A stretch of DNA of 63,436 nt, the filler included, from Octopus bimaculoides (taxonomy: Eukaryota), in the NCBI RefSeq assembly GCF_001194135.2. It is 4 parts of 4 records of this genome, joined end to end, with 100 filler letters (N's around TTAATTAATTAA, not from the genome) between each part and the next. Parts side by side here need not be neighbours in the genome. Positions count along the whole stretch, not along the records: positions 31,264 to 59,186 come from NC_068990.1; positions 59,287 to 63,436 come from NC_068997.1; 2 more parts are not named here. One strand, given 5' to 3'. A model generated the notes under the pieces. The model saw only the letters and a list, made by a program, of their open reading frames with translations, was not told where the DNA came from and did not search any database. Both the position numbers and the translations under genes were made by a program. Below, one piece after another: positions 52,140 through 63,436 of the stretch (positions are counted from its first letter, which is position 1; the number at the start of each line of letters is the position of its first letter).

Positions 52140-53330
52140 GTTGTGCCAGACAGCTAAATTGCCAGCTTCCAAATCCTGTTTTCTGATAGGCAAAAATGAT
52201 CAAACTTTGAACCTAAGTAACATTTCTCTAAAAAAAATTTCTGGAACGAGAGAATAACAACATCAGATTCAGCATGAAAAATTCCATCAGTATACCAAAT
52301 TTGAAAATTAAAATTTAATGAATTAACTCCGGACATATTCAAATGTCTAATTTTTGTTCAAAGGCTAACTGTAAGCAAAGACGCAGATATTCCTGGATAT
52401 CAACAAAATTAGAACCGGACCAAAAATTAACTCTACAGGCAGTAGCAGAAGAATGCCAAAGGATTATCAATCTAAGACATAACTCAGATAAAATTGAAGA
52501 AAAAAAGATTGCTCTCATATTCATGCGTGTCGACCAGAAACATAAGAAAAGAGAGAAAAAACGTCAAGAATGAATCCATGTCATGGGTGCGGTGGTCTGG
52601 TAAGATAGGTTATAAAAAAATCACACTCTAAAACAATATATAAAAATGGCGTAAACAGGTTATCGGTGACAAGAAATACGAAGGAGCCTCAAAGGAAATT
52701 TGTGTATGTAAAAATTAATAACACAAACGTAAAGTTACAATTGAATGCGGGCAGTGATATCTCGATAATTAACACAAATACATGGAAAAAAAATCGGGAG
52801 ACCTAACTTAAAGAAACTTCAAAAAGTTGCACGTAGTGTTTCAGGAAAAAGATTAAATTTTAAGGGCGAAATGGTGACGTTACATTTCGTGGAAAAACCT
52901 TAAAAGCCAAAATGTTTGTGTTAGATAATACGTCAAATTTATTCGGAACAGACTTGATGGAATTATTTAACTTATGGGACCTATAAATCTTTTCTGTAAA
53001 AATGTGAATGGTGTTCCCGGCAGTACAAATAAGTCGTCAGACGAATTAAAAAATAAATTAAAAGAGATTTTTCCTGAAGTTCTCTCTGAAGAATTAGGTC
53101 CGTGCACCAAAACAAAGGCGAAGTTTCAAGTAAAAGAAAATGCTGGTATTTAAACCAAAGCGAACTGTACCTTTCGCAGCGTTAGAACAGGTAGACTTAA
53201 GAGTTAGAGAGACTAGAAATAATTGGAGTAATCCAAAATGTGGAATATAGTCAATGGGCATCACCAGCTGTGTACGTTAAGAAAAATACTAGATATCTTT
53301 ATGGTTGTACTCCAATAAGATTCTGCACTT
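52140..53330 (+). mobile_element. Ty3/Gypsy (K02A2.6-like) gag-protease-RT relic
   Basis: ELTPDIFKCLIFVQ...STKLEPDQKLTLQAVAEECQRIINLRH (gag), VKLQLNAGSDISIIN (aspartic protease) and VEYSQWASPAVYVKK (start of RT); many stops; truncated by a SINE. Confidence 0.85.
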
Positions 53331-53718
53331 CCCAGAGTTGGCACTTTTCTATTATTTCACTTATATTGAAATTCACATTGGCAGAATCGTTATCGTGCCG
53401 GACAATATGCTTAGCAGTATTTCGTCAATCTTTACGTTCTGAGTTCTAATACAGCCAAGGTCAACTTTGCCTTGCTCCCTTTCGGGATCGATAAAATAAG
53501 TACTAATTGAGCACTGGGATCAATGTTATTGACTAGTCACATCATCCAAAATTTCAGGCCTAGTTCCTATACCAGAAAGGACAATGAAATGCATACCTTT
53601 TCCAAGTTCTCATAACTAGCAAAGCTTTTTGCTCCTTTGGTTTAAATCTAGATTTTTGAGTAATACTTGTGAAATGACGCATTCAGTCACGCAAAGATAT
53701 CGAAATATATATTTCTGT

Positions 53719-53901
53719 AAGATACAAAAAATGATTTATTCTCAAACGCATGATAATGCTAATACAATATCATGAACAAGATAAACTATCCATATATTGC
53801 AGAAAAATTCGTTACCGGTAACGAATTTTTCTGCAATATCTTGTTCATGATATTGTATTAGCATTATCATGCGTTTGAGAATAAATTATTTTCTGTATCT
53901 T
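53719..53901. repeat. Spacer-less palindrome (85-bp arms plus a 13-nt bulge)
   Basis: Centre acc|ggt at 53816/53817. The arms are reverse complements except for a 13-nt insertion (taaactatccata) in the left arm and about 2 mismatches near the outer ends. Confidence 0.95.
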
Positions 53902-54994
53902 TCAATACATCGCAACGCTTCTAAAGCAAACTTTGTTTACTTTCATCGTAAGTTGAATATGTTTTGTATGATTAAGAATAAAAAGTCTTTTATTCATGTC
54001 CTTGCCAGAAACATATCGTATTTGCTACTGAATGGAAAATTAAATGCGTTTTAAAAAAGCTTGCTCTTTACTCTTACTCTTTTACTTGTTACAGTCATTT
54101 GACTGTGGCCATGCTGGAGCACCGCCTTTAGTCGAGCAAATCGACCCTAGGATTTATTCTTTTGTAAGCCTAGTACTTATTCTATCGGTCTCTTTTGCCG
54201 AACGTAAACACACCAGCATCGGTTATCAAGCAATGTTGGGGAGACAAATACAGACACACAAACACACACACATAGATATACATATACACGACGTCTACCA
54301 AATTCACTCACAAGGCTTTGGTCGGCCCGAGGCTATAGTAGAAGACACTTGCCCAAGGTGCCACGCAGTGGGACTGAACCCGGAACCATGTGGTTGGTAA
54401 GCAAGCTACTTTCCACACAGCCACTCCTACGCCTGAAAACAATAAAATTAAAAGAGCCCTTAATTTTCGTTTAAAGTGAATTTATTATTGGTTATCAAAA
54501 TTTTTATTTTATTTTTAACATAAACATGTACATCTTTTAGAACATTGTCATTTTATAAGATTTTGCCGGNNNNNNNNNNNNNNNNNNNNNNNNNNNNNNN
54601 NNNNNNNNNNNNNNNNNNNNNNNNNNNNNNNNNNNNNNNNNNNNNNNNNNNNNNNNNNNNNNNNNNNNNNNNNNNNNNNNNNNNNNNNNNNNNNNNNNNN
54701 NNNNNNNNNNNNNNNNNNNNNNNNNNNNNNNNNNNNNNNNNNNNNNNNNNNNNNNNNNNNNNNNNNNNNNNNNNNNNNNNNNNNNNNNNNNNNNNNNNNN
54801 NNNNNNNNNNNNNNNNNNNNNNNNNNNNNNNNNNNNNNNNNNNNNNNNNNNNNNNNNNNNNNNNNNNNNNNNNNNNNNNNNNNNNNNNNNNNNNNNNNNN
54901 NNNNNNNNNNNNNNNNNNNNNNNNNNNNNNNNNNNNNNNNNNNNNNNNNNNNNNNNNNNNNNNNNNNNNNNNNNNNNNNNNNNNNNNNNNNNNN

Positions 54995-55026
<32 letters not shown>

Positions 55027-55879
55027 GCACACACATACATGCTGTAGGGGAAAAGAAGTTATGTAGATATTGACACAGCCATAGAAAGGAGAGAAAACAC
55101 ACGATAGCTTTTAGTCTTGGCATGTTGAATGAAATAAACATACAATAAAATATGTCGAGAAGACACACAAAGAATAAAATAAAAACTAGGAAAATCACGA
55201 ATATTTGTGGAACAAAATATATGTTACAAGTGAAGATAAACTCAGCTGTAGCGAGAAGCTTGTAATAGTAATGATATCAACAAATTGTAAAATTGTCAGA
55301 TCAAATAAACGGATGATATACATTACGAGAAGAGGGATTATTTAATGCAGCTGTACAAGGCTTCTCTCATTGATATTAGAATCATTATTATTTTAGAGTC
55401 AGCACACATAAATTATATCTTCTAGTGAAAGATATAAAAACATAATGAATGATTCTTCTGTGAATTTCGATAAATCACAGCTCTATTCTGAGATCAGATC
55501 ATATATATGTGGCTATTTTTTTTATCTAAACAGAAACTTATCTCATCTTACTTAAACTGTCAGAAGTAATTATTATGAATGATACTTATTTTGATATTTA
55601 TCGCTTCTCTTTCAAGTAAAAATATCGTTCAGTAAAAAAGAATAATATATAACTAGACAAACGAGAATGATAACTGATTCCGTTACAGTCACACTGATTA
55701 CCTTGAGGTAATTGAGTAGGTGTGGTCCCAGGAATTTTTTGAAGGGAATACAATTTCAGGAGAAAGGGCGTAATAACATTATTTAGAAGGACGCACTTCT
55801 TACCTTGAGGGGGTCACGTGCGCCCCCCTTGCGTCCACCCCTGTTGAACCCCACCAAGGTTTTTTTATATTCAAGAATT

Positions 55880-56720
55880 ACTTGTCAATTCCTAAAGTAC
55901 CGTATTTTCTGAGAGTTAGTCCCTCTTATAGATTCCTGTCGTCCTTCCAGTACTTTGACGACCTAATCTTCAGGAAATTCGAATGCTCGGTCAATGTCAA
56001 ACTCTCCCCAAAGTCCTGCGACTCTGGGTCTGCGCAAGTGCTCGTCTCCATCGCTTCCCTGTTTATTTTTCCTCATTCACGCTTGCTCCCCTTTGGTAAC
56101 ATCCTTTCCTCTCCAACATAGACTAATTCTAACCGACAGATGCATGAAGCTTTATCACAGTGGAAAGAGCTGGGTTTGTGAGTTCCTATTACGGTTGAGG
56201 ATAGACGGAAACAGAGAGTATGCGACAATCTGCAGTCAGATGTCACTTTCAACACTCTCCTTGATCAATCTGATCAATTTTCAAGGTGTCGTTCTCCTTT
56301 CAAATAGTGCAAAATTCTCGACGGACTGGATTAATGCCTTGCCTGTGGTCAACATTGGAGGTCTATTTAGTCTTGATGAACTCCGCATTTCCATCTGAGA
56401 TGCCGCTGTGATAAGCCTATCGACCACACAGGTTTTCATGGTCTGTCTTGCCGCTTAAATGCTGGTCGCTTCGCTTGTCACACCGAGCTAAACCATATCA
56501 TTAAGCGGGCCCTGTCTCTGATTAATATCCCCTCAGTTCTGGAGCCGTCGGGGTTATCCAGAAGTGATGGAAAGAGACCAGATGGTTTTACCCTCTGTCC
56601 TTGGGTAAGAGGTAGGTGCCTCATTTGGGATGTCACAGTCTGCGACTCCTTTGCTCCCAACGGCTTAGTCTTGCCATCGCCCGTGCTTATACTGCGAACG
56701 TGCTGGCTTGCTCCAGTAGG
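55880..56720 (+). mobile_element. CRE-clade-like non-LTR retrotransposon C-terminal fragment with restriction-like endonuclease
   Basis: DWINALPVV...GFHGLSCRLNAGRFACHTELNHIIKRAL...IPSVLEPSGLSRSDGKRPDGFTLCPWVRGRCLIWDVTVCDSFAP, then LAIARAYTANVL. This is the motif order of CRE-type REL domains. Confidence 0.8.
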
Positions 56721-57539
56721 TTCCGTAGAACCTCGTGGTGTGCGACCAGTTGAAGCGCTTGGTGCTGCATTGTTGGGTTTCGTTTTTTCCCTTTTTTTAA
56801 AGACAAATGTATTCAACAGAAATGATATACTAATGAGTTGGAGCTTCAGAATAAGTTTTACTGATTATATTTTATTTTTAGTATCATTAAGCAAAGATGT
56901 ATCTGTGATGAAAAAAATTCTCCACAAATGATTTCAATTCAGTTTTAACAGAAAGATTTGGAAGAATTGGAATAAAGCTCTCCGGTTATTTTCTTTCATG
57001 TAAATAAATGTTAACGTTCCTTTAACAATTTGCCAGCAAAATCTTATAAAATGACAATGCTTTTATATGTTATATATGAAAATAAAGATCACACTGACGT
57101 CTGCAAATTTGTCGACACAGTAATGTAATACTCAAATATGAAAGTTTCTTCATAAGTGTCCCTCTATTTTTTCCGAATCCTTGAATCAAATTTACTAGTC
57201 AATAAATACATACATACAGAGAGAGAGAGAGAGAATTAGCTCCTCTTTTATCTCAGGATTGTCTGATAGCCTCATTTGAAATGATAATAACCAGGTGAGT
57301 ATGGAAGTGGGGAGTGAATCAATCAATACTGAATGAGAGAAAGAGGATCTATAGTATTGACTTGAAATTCTTTTTATCGAAAAAGCAAAGTTGACCTCGA
57401 TGGAATTTGAACCCGGAACAATGCCTTATACCCTATAGGATAAAATTAGTATAAAAAAACAACAAAAACAAAACAAAATGAAAAAAAGGCATCGGAAAGG
57501 CGAACACAAGGATAAAATAGAATTTAATTTAATAATCTC

Positions 57540-57795
57540 AAACGAATTCATATTTCAACAAAATGACATCAAGAGTTATTTCCTCTGCTTATCGTTTATG
57601 CATATGTATCAAAAAAAAAAGAAAAGCATTTTGATTCACCAAACCAAAATTTAATGAGTTCGAGCCAATCACCCAAAGAATATTTCTGCCAAATTTGGTG
57701 AAAATCCGTTCAGCCGTTTTCCAGTTATTTTGCAAACACACAGACTAAGACAAGCGACTACAATACCCTGCTTTCGTTTACGCGCGCAGGGTAAC
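57540..57795 (+). mobile_element. Helentron-associated (DINE-1/HINE-like) non-autonomous element end
   Basis: ccaaatttggtgaaaatccgttcagccgtttt core, a short (acag)-type microsatellite, and a terminal stem-loop taccctgc...gcagggta. Confidence 0.6.
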
Positions 57796-59085
57796 ATGAA
57801 AAGCAGTATTTGCAGTGCCGCAGCAGTACATCCGGAAAAATTTTCTAAATTATAAAATATAAAAAACTGATACTCCGTCGGTTACGACGGCGAGTGTTCT
57901 GTTTGGTCCAATTAACTGAATATTTTGCTCGTGAAATTAACGTGCAAGTGGCTGAGCACTCCACAGGCACGCATATCATTAGTGTAGTTCTCAGGAAGGT
58001 TTAACTTGATACAGAATGTGACAAGGCTGGCCCCTTTAATTACATGTTCAGCTATTTTTTGCCAGCTGAGTGAACTGAAGTAACGTGAAATAAAGTGTCT
58101 CGCTCAATGACACAATGCGCCGCTAGGAATCGAGCTCCCGGCCTTACGATCGCAAGCCGAATACCCTAACCACTAAGCCACGCACCTACACTTTATGAGG
58201 AATAAATTCAGAATATTCTTTTCTACTCTAAGCACAAGGCCCAAAATTTTAGCGGAGAAGGCCAGTCGATTAGATCGAACCAGTACGTAACTGATACTTA
58301 ATTTATCGACCCCGAAAGGATGAAAGGCAAAGTCGACTTCGGCGGAATTTGAACTCAGAACCTAAAGACAGACGATATACCGCTAAATTCAGAATATTGC
58401 GTCAATTTTAATGTTTATAACATACACGCGTACTCATATTCATTTTTCCTATATTCTATCTCCATTCCTGTATTCATTAAGGTTATCTCCGTAAATTATC
58501 AAACTATGTTATACTTTCTTCACAGATCTACGGTTTTTAAAATACAATTTTATTTATATTTATGTTTTCTACGATGAATCATCGTAAATTTGAAGATTAT
58601 ACTCATTTGTTTAGCTATATTTATAATAGTTTCAAAGTTTGGTACCAGGCCGGCAATTGTGTGGGAGGGTGCAGGTCGATTACATCGATCACAATGCTCA
58701 ACTGGTACTTATTTTTATTGAGCTTGAAAAGAAAAAAAGGCAAAGTCGACTTCGGCAGTAGATGAACTTAGAACGTAACGCCAGAAGCAATGCCGTTAAG
58801 TATTTTGCCAGGCCTGCTAACGATTCCGCCAGCTTGCCGCCTGGTAACTCCATTATTATTTGTTTCAATCATTTGACTGCGTCTATGCTGGGGCATCGCC
58901 TTTTAGGGTTTTAGTCGAACAAATCGACTCCAGGACTTTTTTCTTTAAAGCCAAGTACTTATTCTATTGGTCTCGTTGCCAAACCGCTAAATTACAGGGA
59001 TGCAAGCACACCAACTCCGCTTGTCAAGCGGTAGTAGTGGACAAACACAGACACAAAGACACACACATATCTATCTGTATGTATG

Positions 59086-59122
<37 letters not shown>

Positions 59123-59794
59123 GTATGTATATATATACGTGTATGTATGTATGTATATATATACATATATGTATGTATGTATGTATNNNNNNNNNNNNNN
59201 NNNNNNNNNNNNNNNNNNNNNNNNNNNNNNTTAATTAATTAANNNNNNNNNNNNNNNNNNNNNNNNNNNNNNNNNNNNNNNNNNNNGGAATTCCATTACT
59301 TTTGTTAATGTTCACGAATTGGCAGAGTCATTGGAGAGTCGAACAGAATACTTCACGATATCTGTTTCGAGTCTTTGCACTGAGTTGAATTCACGCCAGG
59401 TCAGCTTTGTCTCTCCTCCTTTCGGAATTGATTAAAAAAGGTACAAACCCAAGTTGATGGATTGCCTGAACTGTAAGAACGTTGAACTGGATGCCTTGCG
59501 GTATTTGTTCCGGCTCATTGCGTTCCGGGTTCAAATCCAACTTTGGATGACTTAGGCGGAACACTCAACCTCTCATCAGGTTTACCATTAACCCTCTCGC
59601 TCCTTGGGTGCCTTTCCTGGGGGTCCACTCTATTGGTAGCATTTAGACCAGGTTTCTGGATAGTCTTATAGACTCATAAGTCCGGCTTCCTGGTTTCTGT
59701 GGCGTTTATACTCCGCCTGGACGAGACGCTGGTCCGTCGCTCAGTTTTGTCAGCTGAGTGAACTGGAACATCGTGACATGCAGTGTTATGCTGA

Positions 59795-60250
59795 AGAAGA
59801 CGCATGGGTCAGTGGTTAGAGCACCGGGCTTACAATCATGGGGTTGCGAGTTCGATTTCCGGTCCGGGCTGTCTGTTGGGTTCTTAAGCAAGATACATTA
59901 TTTCACGTTACTCTTGGTCACTCCGCTGTAGAAAGGAGTTGCGGCGTCACAGGTGCTAAGCTGTATCAGCCTTTGCCGTTTCTTTGGATAACATCGGTGG
60001 TGTGGAGAGGGGAGGCTGGTATGCACGGGCAACTACTGGATTTCCATAAACACCCTTACTCGGATTTGTGGGGAACTTTCAAGGGACAATCCCATGGTCA
60101 TTGATTACCCTGCTCAAGAAGATGTGTCACTCGGTCCACAAATCACGGGCGACTACTGGTCTTCTACAAACAATCTTACCCGGACTTGTGCCTCAGAGGG
60201 GAGCTTTCCAAGTGCGATCCTATGGCTATTTGTGACAGAAGAGTGTTTTT
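59795..60250 (+). mobile_element. tRNA-derived CORE-like SINE family 2
   Basis: Head tcagtggttagagc...gagttcgatttcc, then ttcttaagcaagatacattatttcacg...ctgtagaaaggagt, which aligns by eye to the MIR CORE. Other copies: 39045-39410(+), 43560-43710(+), 57900-58190(-). Confidence 0.8.
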
Positions 60251-61590
60251 ACCCTTTTTTTACCCTGTTTAAGAACTCAAAGTGTCACCCGGTCCAGGAA
60301 TTGAAACCACAGTCTTAAGGTCATCTAACCACCAAGCCACGCGCCTCCATGTCAGGTTTCTGGTTAGAGGAAAGCCCCCTCCCTCTCCGCCTCTCTCCTT
60401 TTCCTAGTCTCGAAGAACCTGTAATGGGTCATAGGCATTGCCTTTCCTCTTTAATACATGATAAAAATAAAAGATCCCGCTGAACACGTCTTTGGAAAGC
60501 AGTTTATAAATTACTGACAGANNNNNNNNNNNNNNNNNNNNNNNNNNNNNNNNNNNNNNNNNNNNNNNNNNNNNNNNNNNNNNNNNNNNNNNNNNNNNNN
60601 NNNNNNNNNNNNNNNNNNNNNNNNNNNNNNNNNNNNNNNNNNNNNNNNNNNNNNNNNNNNNNNNNNNNNNNNNNNNNNNNNNNNNNNNNNNNNNNNNNNN
60701 NNNNNNNNNNNNNNNNNNNNNNNNNNNNNNNNNNNNNNNNNNNNNNNNNNNNNNNNNNNNNNNNNNNNNNNNNNNNNNNNNNNNNNNNNNNNNNNNNNNN
60801 NNNNNNNNNNNNNNNNNNNNNNNNNNNNNNNNNNNNNNNNNNNNNNNNNNNNNNNNNNNNNNNNNNNNNNNNNNNNNNNNNNNNNNNNNNNNNNNNNNNN
60901 NNNNNNNNNNNNNNNNNNNNGTCTAATAGGCTTATCACATTTAAAAAAAATGTAGTTCTGAGAGAGACAGAGAAGGAGAGAGAGAGAGAAGGGGAGAGAA
61001 AGAGAAGGAGAGAGAGAGAGAAGGGGAGAGAAAGAGAAGGAGAGAGAGAGAGAGAAGGGGAGAGAAAGAGAAAGAGAGAGAGAGTGAGACACATACACGC
61101 TCCACGTACAAACACACATGCATACACACACAGAAGCTTTTTTTAAAACTATTAAAGCAAATATTTTTTTCGAAGTCAAAAGAATTTATAAACTTTTGAG
61201 AGAGCGTAAAATAATTCTTGTTTGGAATTGGATCTCGAAGCTGACCAAGCAGCCTTCGACTTTTTCTATCCAAAACGGTTTTACAACCCAATATTTATAG
61301 CTTTATATGTGCTTCAAGATCTAGTTCCAAAGCAGAAATATCTTTTTGCTTCAAGAGTGATTGCAACCGTGTTTTGTCACTTTTATATTGGAGGACTCTC
61401 TCTAAAAGAATTATCTACTTTCATCTTTGTCAGGTAAAATATCTATTCTGTATCTTAGTTTATTCTTCTAATCGTCTATCTTGAGATGCTGATTCCTTTC
61501 TTTGTATCCATCCATTGTTTATTTAACACTTACGTTTTTTTTCTCTCGTGATTATGCAATCTTCACGAGAATCTACGGTGAGATAAACCA

Positions 61591-61845
61591 TTAAGTTGGT
61601 GCATAACTATTGCAGCTTTTTTTTTAACAAATTTTATTCAACAAAAACAATAACAAACATGTAACAAAAACATCTTTAAATAATTATTCCGGAGCATATT
61701 CACCATCTACTTCAATGACTGCTTCCCATTTGCTTAGCAGACGGTCAGACCGTCATTTAAAGATGCTTTTGTTAAATATTGTTATTGTTTTTGTTGAATG
61801 AAATTTGTTGAGAAAAAAAACTGTAATAATTATGCACCAACCCAA
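61591..61845. mobile_element. mariner MITE with long inverted arms
   Basis: Termini ttaagttggtgcataactattgcag / ctgtaataattatgcaccaacccaa|TA resemble Hsmar1/MADE-type TIRs. Imperfect arms of about 90 bp surround a short remnant of the transposase C-terminus. Confidence 0.85.
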
Positions 61846-61957
61846 TAGATTTTCTCACTGGATTATCAAATGTTATGATTTCAGTTTTTAACAGGGTTTT
61901 CTAAAAGACTATTTGTTATTCATAAAAGTTAGTTTAGTCTATTCCTCATTCCTGCAC

Positions 61958-62051
<94 letters not shown>

Positions 62052-62179
62052 ATGTGGGCTGACATATTTATACATAGTAAACATTAATATTCTTATGCTT
62101 TAATACATAATATGGCCTGCTGAAAAATCTATAGGCTGACCAGGATCATATGTGATCACATGAGGCTTATTTTTCAACA

Positions 62180-62300
62180 TAGCGCTCCCCGCCTGCGGTC
62201 CGCATACTTCTTCCATCGGTATTGCAGTGCTTGGGTCCCATTGATGAAGAAGCTTCCATCCTTCTGGTAAAAAAAGTCACCGTACTTTTAAATGAGCTGG
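62180..62300 (-). mobile_element. mariner transposase C-terminal relic
   Basis: Reverse strand retains the coding for ...RWKK...YVEK*, with indels. Confidence 0.6.
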
Positions 62301-62845
62301 CAGCTCATTTTTTTTTTTGGCATTGCTGCAAAAAATGTAATATTCTAGTTGTGGTCTGCCCATATATACTCATGGTGATGGAAATTATGCGCAAAGTGGT
62401 AAACAACAGACAATAAAATAATGAAACCATTAAGTAAACGAATAAGAAGTATTATCAAGCAAACAGGGAAAGCGATAGAGGGAAGGACATTGAAGTAAGG
62501 TTAGGAGAAGAATCGTAAATGACATATGTATCATCGACTTTCTGATCAGCCATTGTAGAATGTGACCGAAGCTGCTGAAACACAACCTCATACAGACGGT
62601 TATCTTCAGCTACATACATACATATATACATACATACACACACGCGCGTGCACACATACACATATACATATCCTCAATCTCCTTTAAACTTATTTTATTT
62701 ACACAGAAAAAAAAACAAGAAACTTACTGAAACCGGTATGGTATTTTAATACATCTTTCATAAAGATTTTAAGATTCAGGTGTATTTTCAACCTCAAAAC
62801 CTAATTTCCTATATCCTCTCTTCCGTAGAATTCAACCTCTTTTCT

Positions 62846-62892
<47 letters not shown>

Positions 62893-63166
62893 CACACACA
62901 CGTGTGTGTGCGTGTGCTTATGTTTGTGTATGTGTGTGTGTGTATCGTGGAAAAGTCATTTCACATTTCTGCAGCCTGATCACTGATCCAATTCCACTGC
63001 ATCTTTGCAGAAACCGTTTTCATAGTATGATGCGACGTATCTAACACGAAATACCGTGTAGCGATACAGAAGACAAACATAGCGTAACAAAACGATACTC
63101 TACTCAGGGTATTGAATACTTTTTCTCTCTTTCGGGAACCCACCAAAAAACAGAAAATATGCATGC

Positions 63167-63207
<41 letters not shown>

Positions 63208-63391
63208 TGTCGATGTATATATATATATGTGTGTATGTATGTATATATATATATATATATAAGTATATATACATATATATATGTACATATATATATATAT
63301 GTGCATGTATATATGCGTATATGTATATGTGCATATACATATAAATATATATTTATATATACACACATTCATGCATATATACATTCATGCG

Positions 63392-63436
<45 letters not shown>

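Overview
This is AT-rich, microsatellite- and transposon-dense animal genomic DNA from a gapped scaffold, not prokaryotic sequence. The repeat families point to an octopod cephalopod; that assignment is from recognition, not a database search. The only firmly supported host gene is the 3' part of the meiotic MutS homologue MSH4: seven + strand exons from 31560 to 48093, all with canonical AG/GT boundaries, compatible phases and a terminal stop. I could not find its upstream exons in the first 31 kb, and an artificial scaffold join lies just upstream of the first exon found. The rest is mostly decayed mobile DNA: R4/Dong-like, RTE, CR1-like, CRE-like and Penelope-like retroelements, a Ty3/Gypsy relic, Tc1/mariner fragments and MITEs, a Helentron-like end, and three tRNA-derived SINE families. 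Five things most deserve a second look. (1) A phase-consistent chain of minus-strand candidate exons at 3.1-7.3 kb that would encode a signal-peptide, Cys-rich, KR-site precursor, but with disabling lesions. (2) An apparently ORF1-only CCHC retroelement nested in a Penelope relic. (3) A spacer-less palindrome of about 183 bp. (4) A piece of the last MSH4 intron copied into a downstream SINE. (5) Several hairpin-forming elements in or near the MSH4 transcript. I see no firm evidence of a wholly new biological system.
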